64,000 nt of DNA from an uncultured Oscillibacter sp. (GCA_902475955.1 CABSBM010000002.1:706-64705), one strand, 5' to 3'; positions 1-10,002 are shown, numbered from the stretch's first letter. Notes: generated by a model not told the origin, from the sequence alone. Numbers and translations are program-made.

Positions 1-297
1 CTCTTTCAGGAGGCCCATCAGCGGGCCGTCCGGGACGAGACGGCGGTGATGTTCGCCGTGAGCCAGAGCGGGGAGACGGAGCCGGTCTTAAACGACGTGC
101 GTCACGCCAAGCAGCACGGCCACCGCATCGTGAGCTTCACCAAGCGGGGGGATTCCAGCCTGGCCCGGCTCTCGGACCTGGTCTTCGTGCTGGATGGGTC
201 CAAGCAGACCCTGGCCGGGAGCCTGCCCAACCCCTTCTTCGGACATGTGATCCTCCTTTTCGAGGAGCTGGTGGCCCAGTACTTCGAGGGGGAGTAA
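1..297 (+). CDS. SIS-domain protein, probably the C-terminus of a MurR/RpiR-family regulator (5' end outside window)
   Basis: Frame open from base 1; SIS motif AVSQSGET...IVSFT...S.LARLSD; lies upstream of a transporter operon. Confidence 0.75.
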   Translation, partial: LFQEAHQRAVRDETAVMFAVSQSGETEPVLNDVRHAKQHGHRIVSFTKRGDSSLARLSDLVFVLDGSKQTLAGSLPNPFFGHVILLFEELVAQYFEGE

Positions 298-441
298 TCA
301 GTACATTTTTTACTCAAACGAAAAATTTTTCTCTCCGGGGCTGTGCTATACTCAAGCTGCGGCATCGGGGCCCTGGGTCCCGCCGCGGAAAAAGCCGCCC
401 GGGAAGGGCGGCCATCCATGAAGAATTGGAGGAAGAAAGAA

Positions 442-1506
442 ATGAAGAAGATGTTTGCCCTTCTGCTGGCCCTGGCCATGAGCCTGGGTCTGCTGGCCGG
501 CTGCGGCGACAGCAACAACGCTTCCAGCGCCGCCTCCGGCAGCGCCGAGGGCGCCAAGAAGATCGAGACCCTGAAGGTGGCCTTTGTCCCCTCCCGGGAG
601 CCCCAGGAGATCATCACCGCCACCGAGCCCCTCAAGCAGCTCCTGAAGGACGAGCTGGCCAAGGAAGGCTATGACGTGGGCGAGGTCGAGATCTCCGTCG
701 GTACCACCTACGAGGCCGTGGGCGAGGGCCTGGAGGCCGGCACCATCGACGTGGGCCTGATCCCCGGCGGCACCTATGTCCTCTATGATGACGGCGCCGA
801 GGTCATCCTCACCGCCACCCGGGACGGTCTCAGCAAGGACTCCGACAACGCCAAGGACTGGAATGACGGTCAGCCCACCGAGGCTTCCACCAACCAGGCC
901 GTTTCCTACCGCGCCCTCTTCATCGCCGGCCCCTCCGCCAAGGGCCAGGAGCTGGTGACCACGGTCAACAACGGTGAGGAGCTCACCTGGGAGGACCTGG
1001 ACAGCGCCAACTGGAGCATCATGGGCACCTCCTCCCCCGCCGGCTACATCTATCCCGCCCTGTGGCTGCAGGATCACTACGGCAAGGGCATCTCCGACCT
1101 CAGCAGCGCCGTGCAGTCTGACTCCTACGCCAGCGCCTTCGCCCGCCTCGCCTCCGGCCAGGTGGACGTGCTGGTGACCTATGCCGACGCCCGCCGTGAC
1201 TACGCCGAGCGCTGGAACACCGAGTTCGGCCGTCAGGGCTCCATCTGGGAGGAAACCGGTGTCATCGGCGTCACCGCCCCCATCTATAACGACACCATCT
1301 CCGTCAGCAAGAACTCCGAGATCATGGACGCCGACCTCATCGCCGCCCTGCAGGACGCCTTCATCAACATCGGCAACACCGACGAGGGCAAGGCCGTCAT
1401 CGCCATCTACAGCCACAACGGCTATCAGAAGGCCCAGGCTTCCGACTATGACAACGAGCGGGCCGCCCAGAAGCTCATCCAGGAGCTCAGCGCCGCCGGC
1501 AACTAA
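442..1506 (+). CDS. phnD: Phosphate/phosphite/phosphonate-type ABC transporter substrate-binding lipoprotein (PhnD-like)
   Basis: GGAGG RBS before ATG 442; lipobox LLAGC; VAFVPS, YEAVGEGL, SSPAGYIYP motifs; followed by phnC/phnE-like genes. Confidence 0.85.
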   Translation: MKKMFALLLALAMSLGLLAGCGDSNNASSAASGSAEGAKKIETLKVAFVPSREPQEIITATEPLKQLLKDELAKEGYDVGEVEISVGTTYEAVGEGLEAGTIDVGLIPGGTYVLYDDGAEVILTATRDGLSKDSDNAKDWNDGQPTEASTNQAVSYRALFIAGPSAKGQELVTTVNNGEELTWEDLDSANWSIMGTSSPAGYIYPALWLQDHYGKGISDLSSAVQSDSYASAFARLASGQVDVLVTYADARRDYAERWNTEFGRQGSIWEETGVIGVTAPIYNDTISVSKNSEIMDADLIAALQDAFINIGNTDEGKAVIAIYSHNGYQKAQASDYDNERAAQKLIQELSAAGN

Positions 1507-1614
1507 GACCGGAAGCGAAACCCACACTTTCCCAAACGCGGGGAGGACCGGCACGGAAGACCTTCCGCCGCACGGCCCTCCCCGCGGCCTATCTTCAGAA
1601 ATCGAGGGAACCGT

Positions 1615-2373
1615 ATGATCGTATTTGACCATGTATCCAAGGTGTATCCCAACGGCACGGTGGGATTGGACGATGTGGACCTCACCATCCAGGATGGGGA
1701 GTTCGTGGCCATCATCGGCCGCTCCGGCGCGGGCAAGTCCACGCTGCTGCGGGCCGTGAACCGGATGCACCCCATCACCGCCGGGAAGCTGACCGTGAAC
1801 GGCACGGACGTCAGCGGTCTCTCCGGCAAGAGCCTGCGCCGCTTCCGCCGGGGCATCGGCATGGTGTTCCAGTCCTTCAATCTCGTGACCCGGACCACCG
1901 TCATCCGCAACGTGCTCTCCGCCTGCGTGCCGGACATGCCCTTCTGGCGGGTGCTGCTGGGGACCTTCCGCAAGGCGGACAAGCTGAAGGCCCTGGAGTG
2001 CCTGGAAAAGGTGGGCATCCTGGACAAGGCCTATATGCGGGCGGACCAGCTCTCCGGCGGGCAGCAGCAGCGGGTGGCCCTGGCCCGGACCCTGGCCCAG
2101 GACCCCGGCATCATCCTGGCGGATGAGCCGGTGGCGGCCCTGGACCCCGTCACCGCCCGGCAGGTGATGCAGGACTTCGTGCGGGTCAACCGGGAGATGG
2201 GCATCACGATCCTTCTGAACATCCACCATGTGGAGCTGGCGCTGGAGTACGCGGACCGGGTCATCGGCATCCGGGCGGGCAAGATCGTCTATGACGGTCC
2301 CTCGTCCCAGGTGGACCAGGGCGTGCTGGACGCCATCTATGGGGAGCGGGACGCCGGGGAGGCCAGCGTATGA
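1615..2373 (+). CDS. phnC: Phosphonate-type ABC transporter ATP-binding protein
   Basis: Walker A GRSGAGKST, LSGGQQQRV signature, ILADEPVAALDP, NIHHVELA. Confidence 0.9.
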   Translation: MIVFDHVSKVYPNGTVGLDDVDLTIQDGEFVAIIGRSGAGKSTLLRAVNRMHPITAGKLTVNGTDVSGLSGKSLRRFRRGIGMVFQSFNLVTRTTVIRNVLSACVPDMPFWRVLLGTFRKADKLKALECLEKVGILDKAYMRADQLSGGQQQRVALARTLAQDPGIILADEPVAALDPVTARQVMQDFVRVNREMGITILLNIHHVELALEYADRVIGIRAGKIVYDGPSSQVDQGVLDAIYGERDAGEASV

Positions 2374-3191
2374 GCCTCTACGACCGCCTGTTCCCGCCCC
2401 GCCGTTACCCCCTGCCCAGCGGGGCGGTGGTGGAGGAGAAGCGCGGCCGGGCCCCGCTGATCATCCTCATCGTGGCGCTGCTGGCGGCGCTGTCCGTCCA
2501 CGTGACGGGCTTCGACCTCACGGTGCTGGTCCGCAAGGGCGGCAAGTTCTTCGACATCCTGAAGGCCATGTTCCCGCCCAACGCCGCCTACCTCGGAAAG
2601 ATCTGGCAGCCCCTGTGGGACACCATCAAGATGTCCTTCCTGGGCTCCTTCGTGGGGGCGGTGCTGGCCATCCCCTTCGCTGTGGCGGCGGCCAGCAACA
2701 TCGTGACGAACCGGGTGGTGGTCTTTCTGGTGCGGCTCTTCCTGAGCCTGGTCCGGACCCTGCCTACCCTGGTCTGCGCCCTCATCGCGACCTACATCTT
2801 CGGCCTTGGCACCATGGCGGGCACCTGCGCCATCGCCGTTTTCACCTTCGCCTATGTGGGAAAGCAGCTCTTTGAGATCATCGAGACCGTGGACATGGGC
2901 CCCTACGAGGCTATGGAGGCCCTGGGCGCCACCCGGCTGCAGAGCTTCCTCACGGCGGTCTTCCCCCAGGTGCTGCCCACCTACCTCTCCGTCTCCCTCT
3001 TCTGCCTGGAGGGCAACGTGCGCTACGCCTCCATCCTGGGCTACGTGGGCGCCGGCGGCCTGGGCCTCATCATGAACGAGAAGATCGGCTGGCGGGAGTA
3101 TGACAGCCTCGGCATGATCCTCATCGTGCTCTTCGCGGCCGTGATGGTCATCGAGGGCATCAGCCACGCGCTGCGCAAGCGCTTGACCTAA
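2370..3191 (+). CDS. phnE: Phosphonate-type ABC transporter permease
   Basis: TM helices; EAMEALGA loop; E.NVRYASILGYVGAGGLG motif; ATGA overlap with phnC. Confidence 0.9.
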   Translation: MSLYDRLFPPRRYPLPSGAVVEEKRGRAPLIILIVALLAALSVHVTGFDLTVLVRKGGKFFDILKAMFPPNAAYLGKIWQPLWDTIKMSFLGSFVGAVLAIPFAVAAASNIVTNRVVVFLVRLFLSLVRTLPTLVCALIATYIFGLGTMAGTCAIAVFTFAYVGKQLFEIIETVDMGPYEAMEALGATRLQSFLTAVFPQVLPTYLSVSLFCLEGNVRYASILGYVGAGGLGLIMNEKIGWREYDSLGMILIVLFAAVMVIEGISHALRKRLT

Positions 3192-3204
3192 GGAGGGAAG
3201 GGCT

Positions 3205-4014
3205 ATGAACGAACGCATCCAAAAAGCCTACGCCTCCGCGCCCCGGACCTGGCTCTGGGAGCTGCTGGCGGCCTTTATCGTGGCCTGCCTTCTGGCCTGG
3301 TCCGGCACGGCGCTGCGGGTCAGCACCCCCACCGGCAACGGGCTGGAGGTGGCGGGCAACATCCTCTCCGGCATCTTCCACCCCTCGGCGAAGCTGCTCT
3401 TCACCTTCGGCACCAACGGCGTGCCCTACCTGCTGCTGGAGACCTTCTGCATCGCCTTTCTCGGCACCATCGTGGGCGCGGTGATCTCCCTGCCCCTCTC
3501 CTTCCTCTCGGCCAGCAACCTGGTGCCCAAGTGGCTGGCCCTCATCGGGCGGGTGCTCATCGCGGCCATCCGGACCATCCCGGCCTTCGTCTACGGCCTG
3601 ATGTTCATCCGGGTCACGGGGCCGGGGCCCTTCGCGGGCCTTCTCACCATGTCCCTCTGCTCCATCGGCATGGTCTCCAAGATGTTCATCGAGAGCATCG
3701 AGGACCTGGACAAGCGGATCCTGGAGTCCCTGGACGCCGCGGGCTGCACCACCTTCCAGAAGATCTGCTACGGCATCCTGCCCCAGCTGACGGCGGACTT
3801 CACCTCCACCATCATCTACCGCTTCGACATGAACCTGCGGGACGCCACCGTCCTGGGTCTCGTGGGGGCGGGCGGCATCGGCGCGCCGCTGATCTTCGCC
3901 ATGAGCTCCTACCGCTGGAACGAGGTGGGGGCCATCCTGCTGGGGCTCATCGTGCTGGTGCTGATCATCGAGTGGATCTCCGCCAAGATCCGCGTGAAGC
4001 TGGCCCGGGGGTGA
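3205..4014 (+). CDS. phnE: Phosphonate-type ABC transporter permease (second subunit)
   Basis: YRFDMNLRDATVLGLVGAGGIG motif; AGGAGG RBS. Confidence 0.9.
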   Translation: MNERIQKAYASAPRTWLWELLAAFIVACLLAWSGTALRVSTPTGNGLEVAGNILSGIFHPSAKLLFTFGTNGVPYLLLETFCIAFLGTIVGAVISLPLSFLSASNLVPKWLALIGRVLIAAIRTIPAFVYGLMFIRVTGPGPFAGLLTMSLCSIGMVSKMFIESIEDLDKRILESLDAAGCTTFQKICYGILPQLTADFTSTIIYRFDMNLRDATVLGLVGAGGIGAPLIFAMSSYRWNEVGAILLGLIVLVLIIEWISAKIRVKLARG

Positions 4015-4017
4015 CGC

Positions 4018-5532
4018 ATGGAACGGAAACTGAGCATCTTCTTCACCTCCGACCTTCACGGCTACATCTATCCCACGGATTACCGGGGCCGGGAGGAGCG
4101 GGACCTGGGCCTTTTCAAGTGCGCGAGCCAGTTTCGGAAGGACGGCAACACCCTCGTCATCGACGGCGGGGACCTGCTGCAGGGCTCGCCCCTGGGGGCC
4201 TTCTGCCACGATACGCTGGGGGACGCCTCCCAGTTTGCGGAGATGATGAACCGCTGCGGCTATGACTACGTGACCCTGGGCAACCACGACTTCAACTACG
4301 GGATGCCCTATCTTGACAGCTACCTGAGCGCCCTGAAGGCCCGCTGCGTCTGCGAGAACGTCCGGAATACGGCGGACGGGGCCACCCGCTTCCCGGCCCG
4401 GATCCACACCCTGGAGAACGGGCTGCGGGTGGGTATCGTGGGCATCGTCACGGACTATGTGAACATCTGGGAACGGCCGGAGCACCTGACGGGCATCGCC
4501 ATCACGGACCCCATCCCGGCCGCCGCTGCTGCCCTGGAGGCCCTGCGGGGCCGGGTGGACCTGGCGGTCTGCGTCTACCACGGGGGCTTTGAGCGGGACC
4601 TCGCTACCGGGCGGGTGCTCTCCGCCACCCACGAGAACGTGGCCTACCGGATCTGCCAGGAGCTGGATTTCGACCTCCTGCTGACGGGCCACCAGCACAT
4701 GTCCGTCCACGGCCAGACGGTGGCGGGGACCTTCGTGGTCCAGCCTGCGGACAAAGGCCAGGAGTTCCTGCGGGTGGAGGCCGAGGTCTCTGAGAGCGGA
4801 AAGCGCTTTTGGAGCGAGACCGTCCCCGCCGGGGGACCCTGCCGTTCGGAGTGGCTGCGGGACTTCGCGGAGATGGAGCGGGGCGCCCAGGACTGGCTGG
4901 ACCAGGTGGTGGGCCATCTGAAAGCGCCCATGACCCTGGATACCCCCCTCCGCATGGCGGCGGGCGGCAGCGCCCTGGCGGACCTCTTCCACACGGTGCA
5001 GCTGGCGGCCAGCGGGGCGAAGCTCTCCGTCACCAGCCTCGCGAACGACGCGGCGGGCCTGCCCAAGGTGGTGCGGCGGCGGGACATCCTGAACGCCTAC
5101 CCCTACACCAACACCCTCACGGTGATGGAGATCACCGGGGCGGTGCTCCGCCAGGCCATGGAGCGCAGCGCCGAGTACTTCACCAAGGACCCGGACGGGT
5201 CCCTGCGGGTCTCGGACTGCTTCCTGCAGCCCAAAGTGGAGCACTACAACTACGACTACTACGCCGGGGTCCGCTACGCCTACGACATCTCCCGGCCTGT
5301 GGGGGAGCGGGTGGTGGAGCTCTCCGTGGATGGCCGCCCGGTGGCGGACACGGATGTCTTCACCGCCTGCCTCAGCAGCTACCGGGCCAGCGGCACCGGG
5401 GGCTATGAGTGCTACGTGGGCTGCCCCATCCTGCGGGAGATCGGCACCGAGATGACGGACATGTTGCTGGACTACTTCCAGGCCCACGGCGACGACCTGC
5501 CCCTGATCCGGAGCGACTACCGGGTCTTCTGA
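4018..5532 (+). CDS. Bifunctional metallophosphatase/5'-nucleotidase (2',3'-cyclic-nucleotide phosphodiesterase-like), no signal peptide
   Basis: TSDLHG, DGGDLLQG, LGNHDF, YHGG, LTGHQH motifs plus 5'-nucleotidase C-terminal domain (YPYTNTL). Confidence 0.9.
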   Translation: MERKLSIFFTSDLHGYIYPTDYRGREERDLGLFKCASQFRKDGNTLVIDGGDLLQGSPLGAFCHDTLGDASQFAEMMNRCGYDYVTLGNHDFNYGMPYLDSYLSALKARCVCENVRNTADGATRFPARIHTLENGLRVGIVGIVTDYVNIWERPEHLTGIAITDPIPAAAAALEALRGRVDLAVCVYHGGFERDLATGRVLSATHENVAYRICQELDFDLLLTGHQHMSVHGQTVAGTFVVQPADKGQEFLRVEAEVSESGKRFWSETVPAGGPCRSEWLRDFAEMERGAQDWLDQVVGHLKAPMTLDTPLRMAAGGSALADLFHTVQLAASGAKLSVTSLANDAAGLPKVVRRRDILNAYPYTNTLTVMEITGAVLRQAMERSAEYFTKDPDGSLRVSDCFLQPKVEHYNYDYYAGVRYAYDISRPVGERVVELSVDGRPVADTDVFTACLSSYRASGTGGYECYVGCPILREIGTEMTDMLLDYFQAHGDDLPLIRSDYRVF

Positions 5533-5542
5533 GCGGAAAGGG

Positions 5543-5572
5543 AAAGACGGCCGGAAAACGGCCGTCTTTTTT
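5543..5572 (+). terminator. Rho-independent terminator of the phn-nucleotidase operon
   Basis: AAAGACGGCCG-gaaaa-CGGCCGTCTTT followed by T-run. Confidence 0.85.
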
Positions 5573-5660
5573 CTGCCCCGGGGCTTGCTTCCCCGGAAAA
5601 AATGTGCTACCATCACGGGACCGGCTTCCGCCGGAGACCAAATTGGACCGAGGTTTCCCC

Positions 5661-6341
5661 ATGAATACCCTTGAAAACCCTGAAAATTCCCTGGCCCCGG
5701 CGACGGCCCTCTGGCCCCGGCTCCGGCGGAAGCTCCTGGCGCCGGAGACGAGGCTCCTGCTCTTCTGGCCCATCTTTGAGCTGATCTTCATGGCCCTGGA
5801 GCGGCTGCGGCCGGCGGACACCCAGTATTTCGCCACCCACTGCACCCTGGATGACCTCATCCCCTTCTGGGAGGGGGCCATGGTGCCGTACCTCTTCTGG
5901 TTCCTCTATCTCGGCGGGACGGTGGCCTACACCTACTTCCGGGATGTCCCGGCCTTCCGGCGGATGATGGGCTTTCTCATCCTCACCTACGGGGTGACGG
6001 TGCTCATCTACCTGGTCTTCCCCAACTGCCAGAACCTGCGGCCCGCGGTCTTCCCCCGGGACAACGTCCTGACTCGCTTCACCGCCTGGTTCTATACCTT
6101 CGACACCAACACGGATGTCTGCCCCTCCCTCCATGTGGTGGGGTCCCTCGCGGCGTACTTCGGCCTGCGGGACTGCCGCCGCTTCCGGAGCCGGGGCTGG
6201 CAGATAGGGAGTGCCCTGGCGGCCGCTGCCATCTGCCTCTCCACCCTTTTCCTCAAGCAGCACTCCGCTGTGGATGTGCTGGCCGCCCTGCCCCTATGCG
6301 CCAGCGCCTACTATCTCATCTACCGAAGGAAAACTGCATAA
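5661..6341 (+). CDS. PAP2-superfamily membrane phosphatase/phosphotransferase
   Basis: Multi-TM; CPSLHV and KQHSAVDV motifs. Confidence 0.8.
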   Translation: MNTLENPENSLAPATALWPRLRRKLLAPETRLLLFWPIFELIFMALERLRPADTQYFATHCTLDDLIPFWEGAMVPYLFWFLYLGGTVAYTYFRDVPAFRRMMGFLILTYGVTVLIYLVFPNCQNLRPAVFPRDNVLTRFTAWFYTFDTNTDVCPSLHVVGSLAAYFGLRDCRRFRSRGWQIGSALAAAAICLSTLFLKQHSAVDVLAALPLCASAYYLIYRRKTA

Positions 6342-6378
6342 GAAACACCCCTCCGCTTGGGCGGAGGGGTGTTCTTTC
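6340..6378. terminator. Bidirectional terminator between convergent genes
   Basis: AACACCCCTCCGC-ttgg-GCGGAGGGGTGTT with A/T flanks. Confidence 0.8.
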
Positions 6379-6416
6379 TATGGCTTGGCGCTTCCCTGGG
6401 GGGCTTGGGGCGGTTT

Positions 6417-9400
6417 TCAGCCCTGGGCCCGGAAGAGGAAGGTCACGATCTGGCCACGGGTGCAGGGATCCTCAGGGCTGAAGGTGGTGGCGGTGGTGCC
6501 CTTGGTGACGCCGCTCTCCACGGCCCAGGCCACGGCGTCGGCGCAGTAGGAGCCGGCAGCCACGTCGGTGAAGGCGGTGGCGGCGCCGGAGGCGCTGCCG
6601 CCCTGGGCACGGAAGAGGAAGGTCACGGCCTGGCCCCGGGTGCAGGGAGCGTCGGGGCTGAAGGTGGTATCCGTGGTGCCCTTGGTGATGCCGTTCTCCA
6701 GAGCCCAGGCCACGGCGTCATAGCAGTAGCTGCCGGGGGCCACGTCCGCAGGGACAGTGGCGGTGCCCTTGGCGGCGGGGGAACCGGCGGCACGCCAGAG
6801 GAAGGTCACGATCTGGCCACGGGTGCAGGGATCGCTGGGGCCGAAGGTGGTGGCCGTCTTGCCCTGGGTGACGCCGTTCTTGGCGGCCCAGAGGATGGCG
6901 TCGGCATAGGGGGAGTCAGCGGAGACATCCGTGAAGGGGGTCTCATCCGCGGGCTCGGTGGTGGAACCGCCGGTAGAGCCGCCGCTGCTGGGGATCTGGG
7001 TGAAGACGGCGGTGACGGTGGTTTTGGCGTCCACGGTGAGGGTCAGAGTGGCGGCGGAGCCGGCGTTTTCACCGTTGACCACCCAGTGATCCAGGCGGTA
7101 GCCGCTCTCAGGCTGGGCGGTGAAGGTGACGGAGGCACCTTCCATAACGGTGGCGCTGCTGGCGCTGGACTTGACGCTGCCGCTGCCCTGGGCGGAAGCG
7201 CTCACGGTGAAGGTGCTGTCCGGGCAGGTCTCGGAGACGACATAGTCATTCGCCACGGGGATGGAGGCGGAGACGCTGGTGTTGTCCACGGTGATCTGGT
7301 AGTTCTGGAAGTTGGGGTTCACCACCAGGTTCCAGTCCTTGTCATAGCTGTAGTAGCTGGTCATACCGGGCTCGTGGGCGTAGATGACCAGGGCCAGGGT
7401 GTGACCGGCCTTCACCTCATAGACGGTGGGCTGGAGGTAGAGGGTGTAGTCATAGGGCTGGCTGCCCAGAGTGACCTTCTTGCTGGCGGTGTGGGAGTCA
7501 AAGTCGGCCTCGGGGTTGCAGAGGTCCATCCAGCCCCGGGAGATGACCTTGTAGGAGACGTCGCTGGGCAGGAGGAGGGTCTTGTTGAAGTTCTTCAGGC
7601 CGCCGCCCATCCAGGCGCCGTTCTGCAGGGCCGTGGCCTTGGGGACGTAGCTGCCGGAGGTGTTGAAGGCGGGGAAGGTCTTACCCTCGGGGGCGATGTC
7701 CACCAGCATGGCGCTGACCATCAGGCCGTCCCGCTGGCCGATGGGAGTCCCGCCCTCGCCGTAGTTCTGCGTCAGGGCGGAGAAGTTCACGGCCACGGAG
7801 CCCTTGACGGTGGTGCTCTCCGTCACGGCCTGGGTGTACATCACGCTGTTGGTGGTGGTCCCGGCGGTGAACTTGTCCTGCCAGTTGTTGCGGGTGACGC
7901 TGTTCGCGTTGTAGTCGCTGTTGATGGTGGTGGTGCCGGTCTCGGAGACAGTGAAGTCAAGAGACTTGGCGGTCTTCCAGGAGGCGTAAGTGTTCCAGGT
8001 GTTGGTGTCGTGGCTGTCCTGGGCGGTGACGGCAGCCATGTCCTCGGCGCCGTTCTCCACGCCGTAGAGGTAGTGGCTGAACCAGCGGTTCAGGATCTCA
8101 TCGTAGCTGGAATCGCCGATGTCAAAGACGTAGCCGCCGGCGGGATAGGTGGGGGTCAGGTGGCCGTCCTGGTGCAGGAGGATCTTGGCGGTCTTCCCGG
8201 CCTTCTCGAAGGCATTGTACATCAGCTCAAATTCCTTGGTCCGGACGTTGTAGTCATTGAGACCGTGGACGATGAGAGCGGAGCACTTGATGTTGTCCGC
8301 GTTCAGGGTGTAGTCTCGGATGGACCAGGTATCGTTGTTCACGGCGGCATCCTGGCTGGCGTAGTCGCCGTTCAGAGCGGTCTGCTGGTTGGCCAGGGCG
8401 CCCAGATAGTCGCTGTAGCGCTCGCTGATGGAGGCGTAGTCATTGCTGTGGGCATAGTCGGTGACGTTGGCCTTCTTGGCGGCGGCCTGGGCGGCGTCGC
8501 TGTCCAGGTAGCGGCCGGCGCAGTAGGCGGCCAGGGTGTTGGTATAGGCGGTGCTGGAACGGGTGGAAATGCCCTGGGAGTTGGTGTACTCATACCAGCT
8601 GGCAATGCCGGCCACGGGGACGATGGTCTCCAGGCCCGCGACACCGGTGGTGGCGAGACCGAACTGGGTGGTGCCGGCGTAGGAACGGCCGGTCATGCCC
8701 ACCTTGCCGTTGGACCAGTCGGCCTTGATGGCGATGTTGCTGGTCTTGTCGGTGTAGGCCACCCGGTCGCCGTGGAGCCACTCGATGACGCACTTGAAGG
8801 CGTCGATCTCCAGGTCGGAGCCGCAGGTCTCGTAGCCCTCGGAGCCCCGGGTGCCCAGACCGCCGCACTCTACCACGGCGTAGCCCCGGACCAGGTAGTA
8901 GTCATACCATTCCAGGTCCTCGTAGTCCATCATGTCCTCGAAGGGGTTGTAGTAGTACCAGTCGGAGGACTGGGCGTTCTTGGCGGCCTCCGAGGTGGTG
9001 GCGCTGCCGGCGGGAGTACGGGGGCCGGGGTTGGTATCGTAGAGGCTGTTGATGTTGAAGTTCGCCTCAGTATCGTAGCCCATGCTCCGGTCGGTGCAGC
9101 CGGTGATGTAGGGCCGGGCCTCGTAGATGGTGGCGGCTTTGTAGTCGCCTTCCGCGGCGGCCTTGGGGACCTGGACCAGAGCCTTCACCAGGTCCAGCTT
9201 GCCGTCGCCATCGGTATCGTAGTTGGTCTCCACGTAGACGCAGTAACGGGCGATGTCGCTGGTCTCGTTGCTGTAGCCGGAGGTGACGGAGCCCGTGGTG
9301 TAGGGGAAAACGGGCTGGGCCATGCCGTTGACGAAGAGGGGTTCCTTCTTTTCGGCGGACTGGTTATCCACCAGAGCCTGATAGCCGTCGCTTTCCAGGA

Positions 9401-9722
9401 AAGCGGCCATCCGCGCCTTGGTGCAGGGCTCGTCGGCGCTGGCGCTGTTCTTATCCAGCATGCCCAGGCTGTCCGCCAGGGCCACGCAGTCGGAATCGCT
9501 GCCCAGCTGGCTGTCCTTCAGCCCGGCGAAGGTAAACAGCGTCCGCAGGACGGTGCCCAGGGTCTCGGTCTCGCCGTCCTGGGTCTCCAGGCCGTAGGCG
9601 GCCAGGTCAGAGTAGGTGACAAGGGCGCTGCTTCCCGTGTCATCCGCGGCCAGGGCCGGCGTGACGACGGAGAGGGTCAGAGCCAGTGTCAGCAGGAATG
9701 CCAGCAGTCTTTTTCTCATCAT
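6417..9722 (-). CDS. Secreted, SLH-anchored X-Pro dipeptidyl-peptidase (PepX/S15, CocE/NonD family)
   Basis: Sec signal peptide; VYVETNYDTDGDGKLDLV, GRSYAG catalytic Ser motif, VHGLNDYNV, HQDGH; InlB-B-repeat-like domain; three C-terminal SLH repeats (F.P...CTRGQ.VTFL.R). Confidence 0.85.
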   Translation of the reverse strand: MMRKRLLAFLLTLALTLSVVTPALAADDTGSSALVTYSDLAAYGLETQDGETETLGTVLRTLFTFAGLKDSQLGSDSDCVALADSLGMLDKNSASADEPCTKARMAAFLESDGYQALVDNQSAEKKEPLFVNGMAQPVFPYTTGSVTSGYSNETSDIARYCVYVETNYDTDGDGKLDLVKALVQVPKAAAEGDYKAATIYEARPYITGCTDRSMGYDTEANFNINSLYDTNPGPRTPAGSATTSEAAKNAQSSDWYYYNPFEDMMDYEDLEWYDYYLVRGYAVVECGGLGTRGSEGYETCGSDLEIDAFKCVIEWLHGDRVAYTDKTSNIAIKADWSNGKVGMTGRSYAGTTQFGLATTGVAGLETIVPVAGIASWYEYTNSQGISTRSSTAYTNTLAAYCAGRYLDSDAAQAAAKKANVTDYAHSNDYASISERYSDYLGALANQQTALNGDYASQDAAVNNDTWSIRDYTLNADNIKCSALIVHGLNDYNVRTKEFELMYNAFEKAGKTAKILLHQDGHLTPTYPAGGYVFDIGDSSYDEILNRWFSHYLYGVENGAEDMAAVTAQDSHDTNTWNTYASWKTAKSLDFTVSETGTTTINSDYNANSVTRNNWQDKFTAGTTTNSVMYTQAVTESTTVKGSVAVNFSALTQNYGEGGTPIGQRDGLMVSAMLVDIAPEGKTFPAFNTSGSYVPKATALQNGAWMGGGLKNFNKTLLLPSDVSYKVISRGWMDLCNPEADFDSHTASKKVTLGSQPYDYTLYLQPTVYEVKAGHTLALVIYAHEPGMTSYYSYDKDWNLVVNPNFQNYQITVDNTSVSASIPVANDYVVSETCPDSTFTVSASAQGSGSVKSSASSATVMEGASVTFTAQPESGYRLDHWVVNGENAGSAATLTLTVDAKTTVTAVFTQIPSSGGSTGGSTTEPADETPFTDVSADSPYADAILWAAKNGVTQGKTATTFGPSDPCTRGQIVTFLWRAAGSPAAKGTATVPADVAPGSYCYDAVAWALENGITKGTTDTTFSPDAPCTRGQAVTFLFRAQGGSASGAATAFTDVAAGSYCADAVAWAVESGVTKGTTATTFSPEDPCTRGQIVTFLFRAQG

Positions 9723-9842
9723 GCTTACACCACTTCTTTCGTTGAGTTTTCCGCTTCCCTCGGGTTTGAGCTGGTGTCTGTGCCGCGCTGCTGGAGCGGC
9801 GAAGTCGAGCCGTTGCTTCCCGGATACTGCGGTTTGGCAACA

Positions 9843-9871
9843 CTGTAGCCGCTGTTTTTCCGGATTGCAAG
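9843..9871 (-). promoter_or_regulatory. Putative sigma-A promoter of the PepX-SLH gene
   Basis: Minus strand TTGCAA-17 nt-TACAGT. Confidence 0.5.
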
Positions 9872-10002
9872 AGGAATTTTTATTCGCGGCAAAACTTTAT
9901 CGCTTTGAACTGCTGCTGTTGAGATGCCACAAATTTTTTCGTATTTTTTGACGAATCGATATAATGAGCCCTGATATTGGCCTATTTACACGATAATGAA
10001 AG

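Noticed and set aside
6420..6900. Roughly 180-bp-period DNA repeats as a CRISPR or mobile repeat
   Set aside because: They are the three coding SLH repeats of the peptidase; no CRISPR array or cas gene seen in the window.
9723..9842. Riboswitch in the PepX leader
   Set aside because: No recognisable aptamer consensus or terminator by eye; an Infernal scan would be needed to exclude it fully.
6357..9848. 1163-aa plus-strand ORF, and similar long antisense ORFs (352-2229, 3160-5616, 12608-15148, 16167-18755, 39145-41508, 42021-44558, 44738-46870, 54669-56690)
   Set aside because: Shadow frames opposite well-supported genes, caused by stop-codon scarcity at high GC3; no motifs or RBS.
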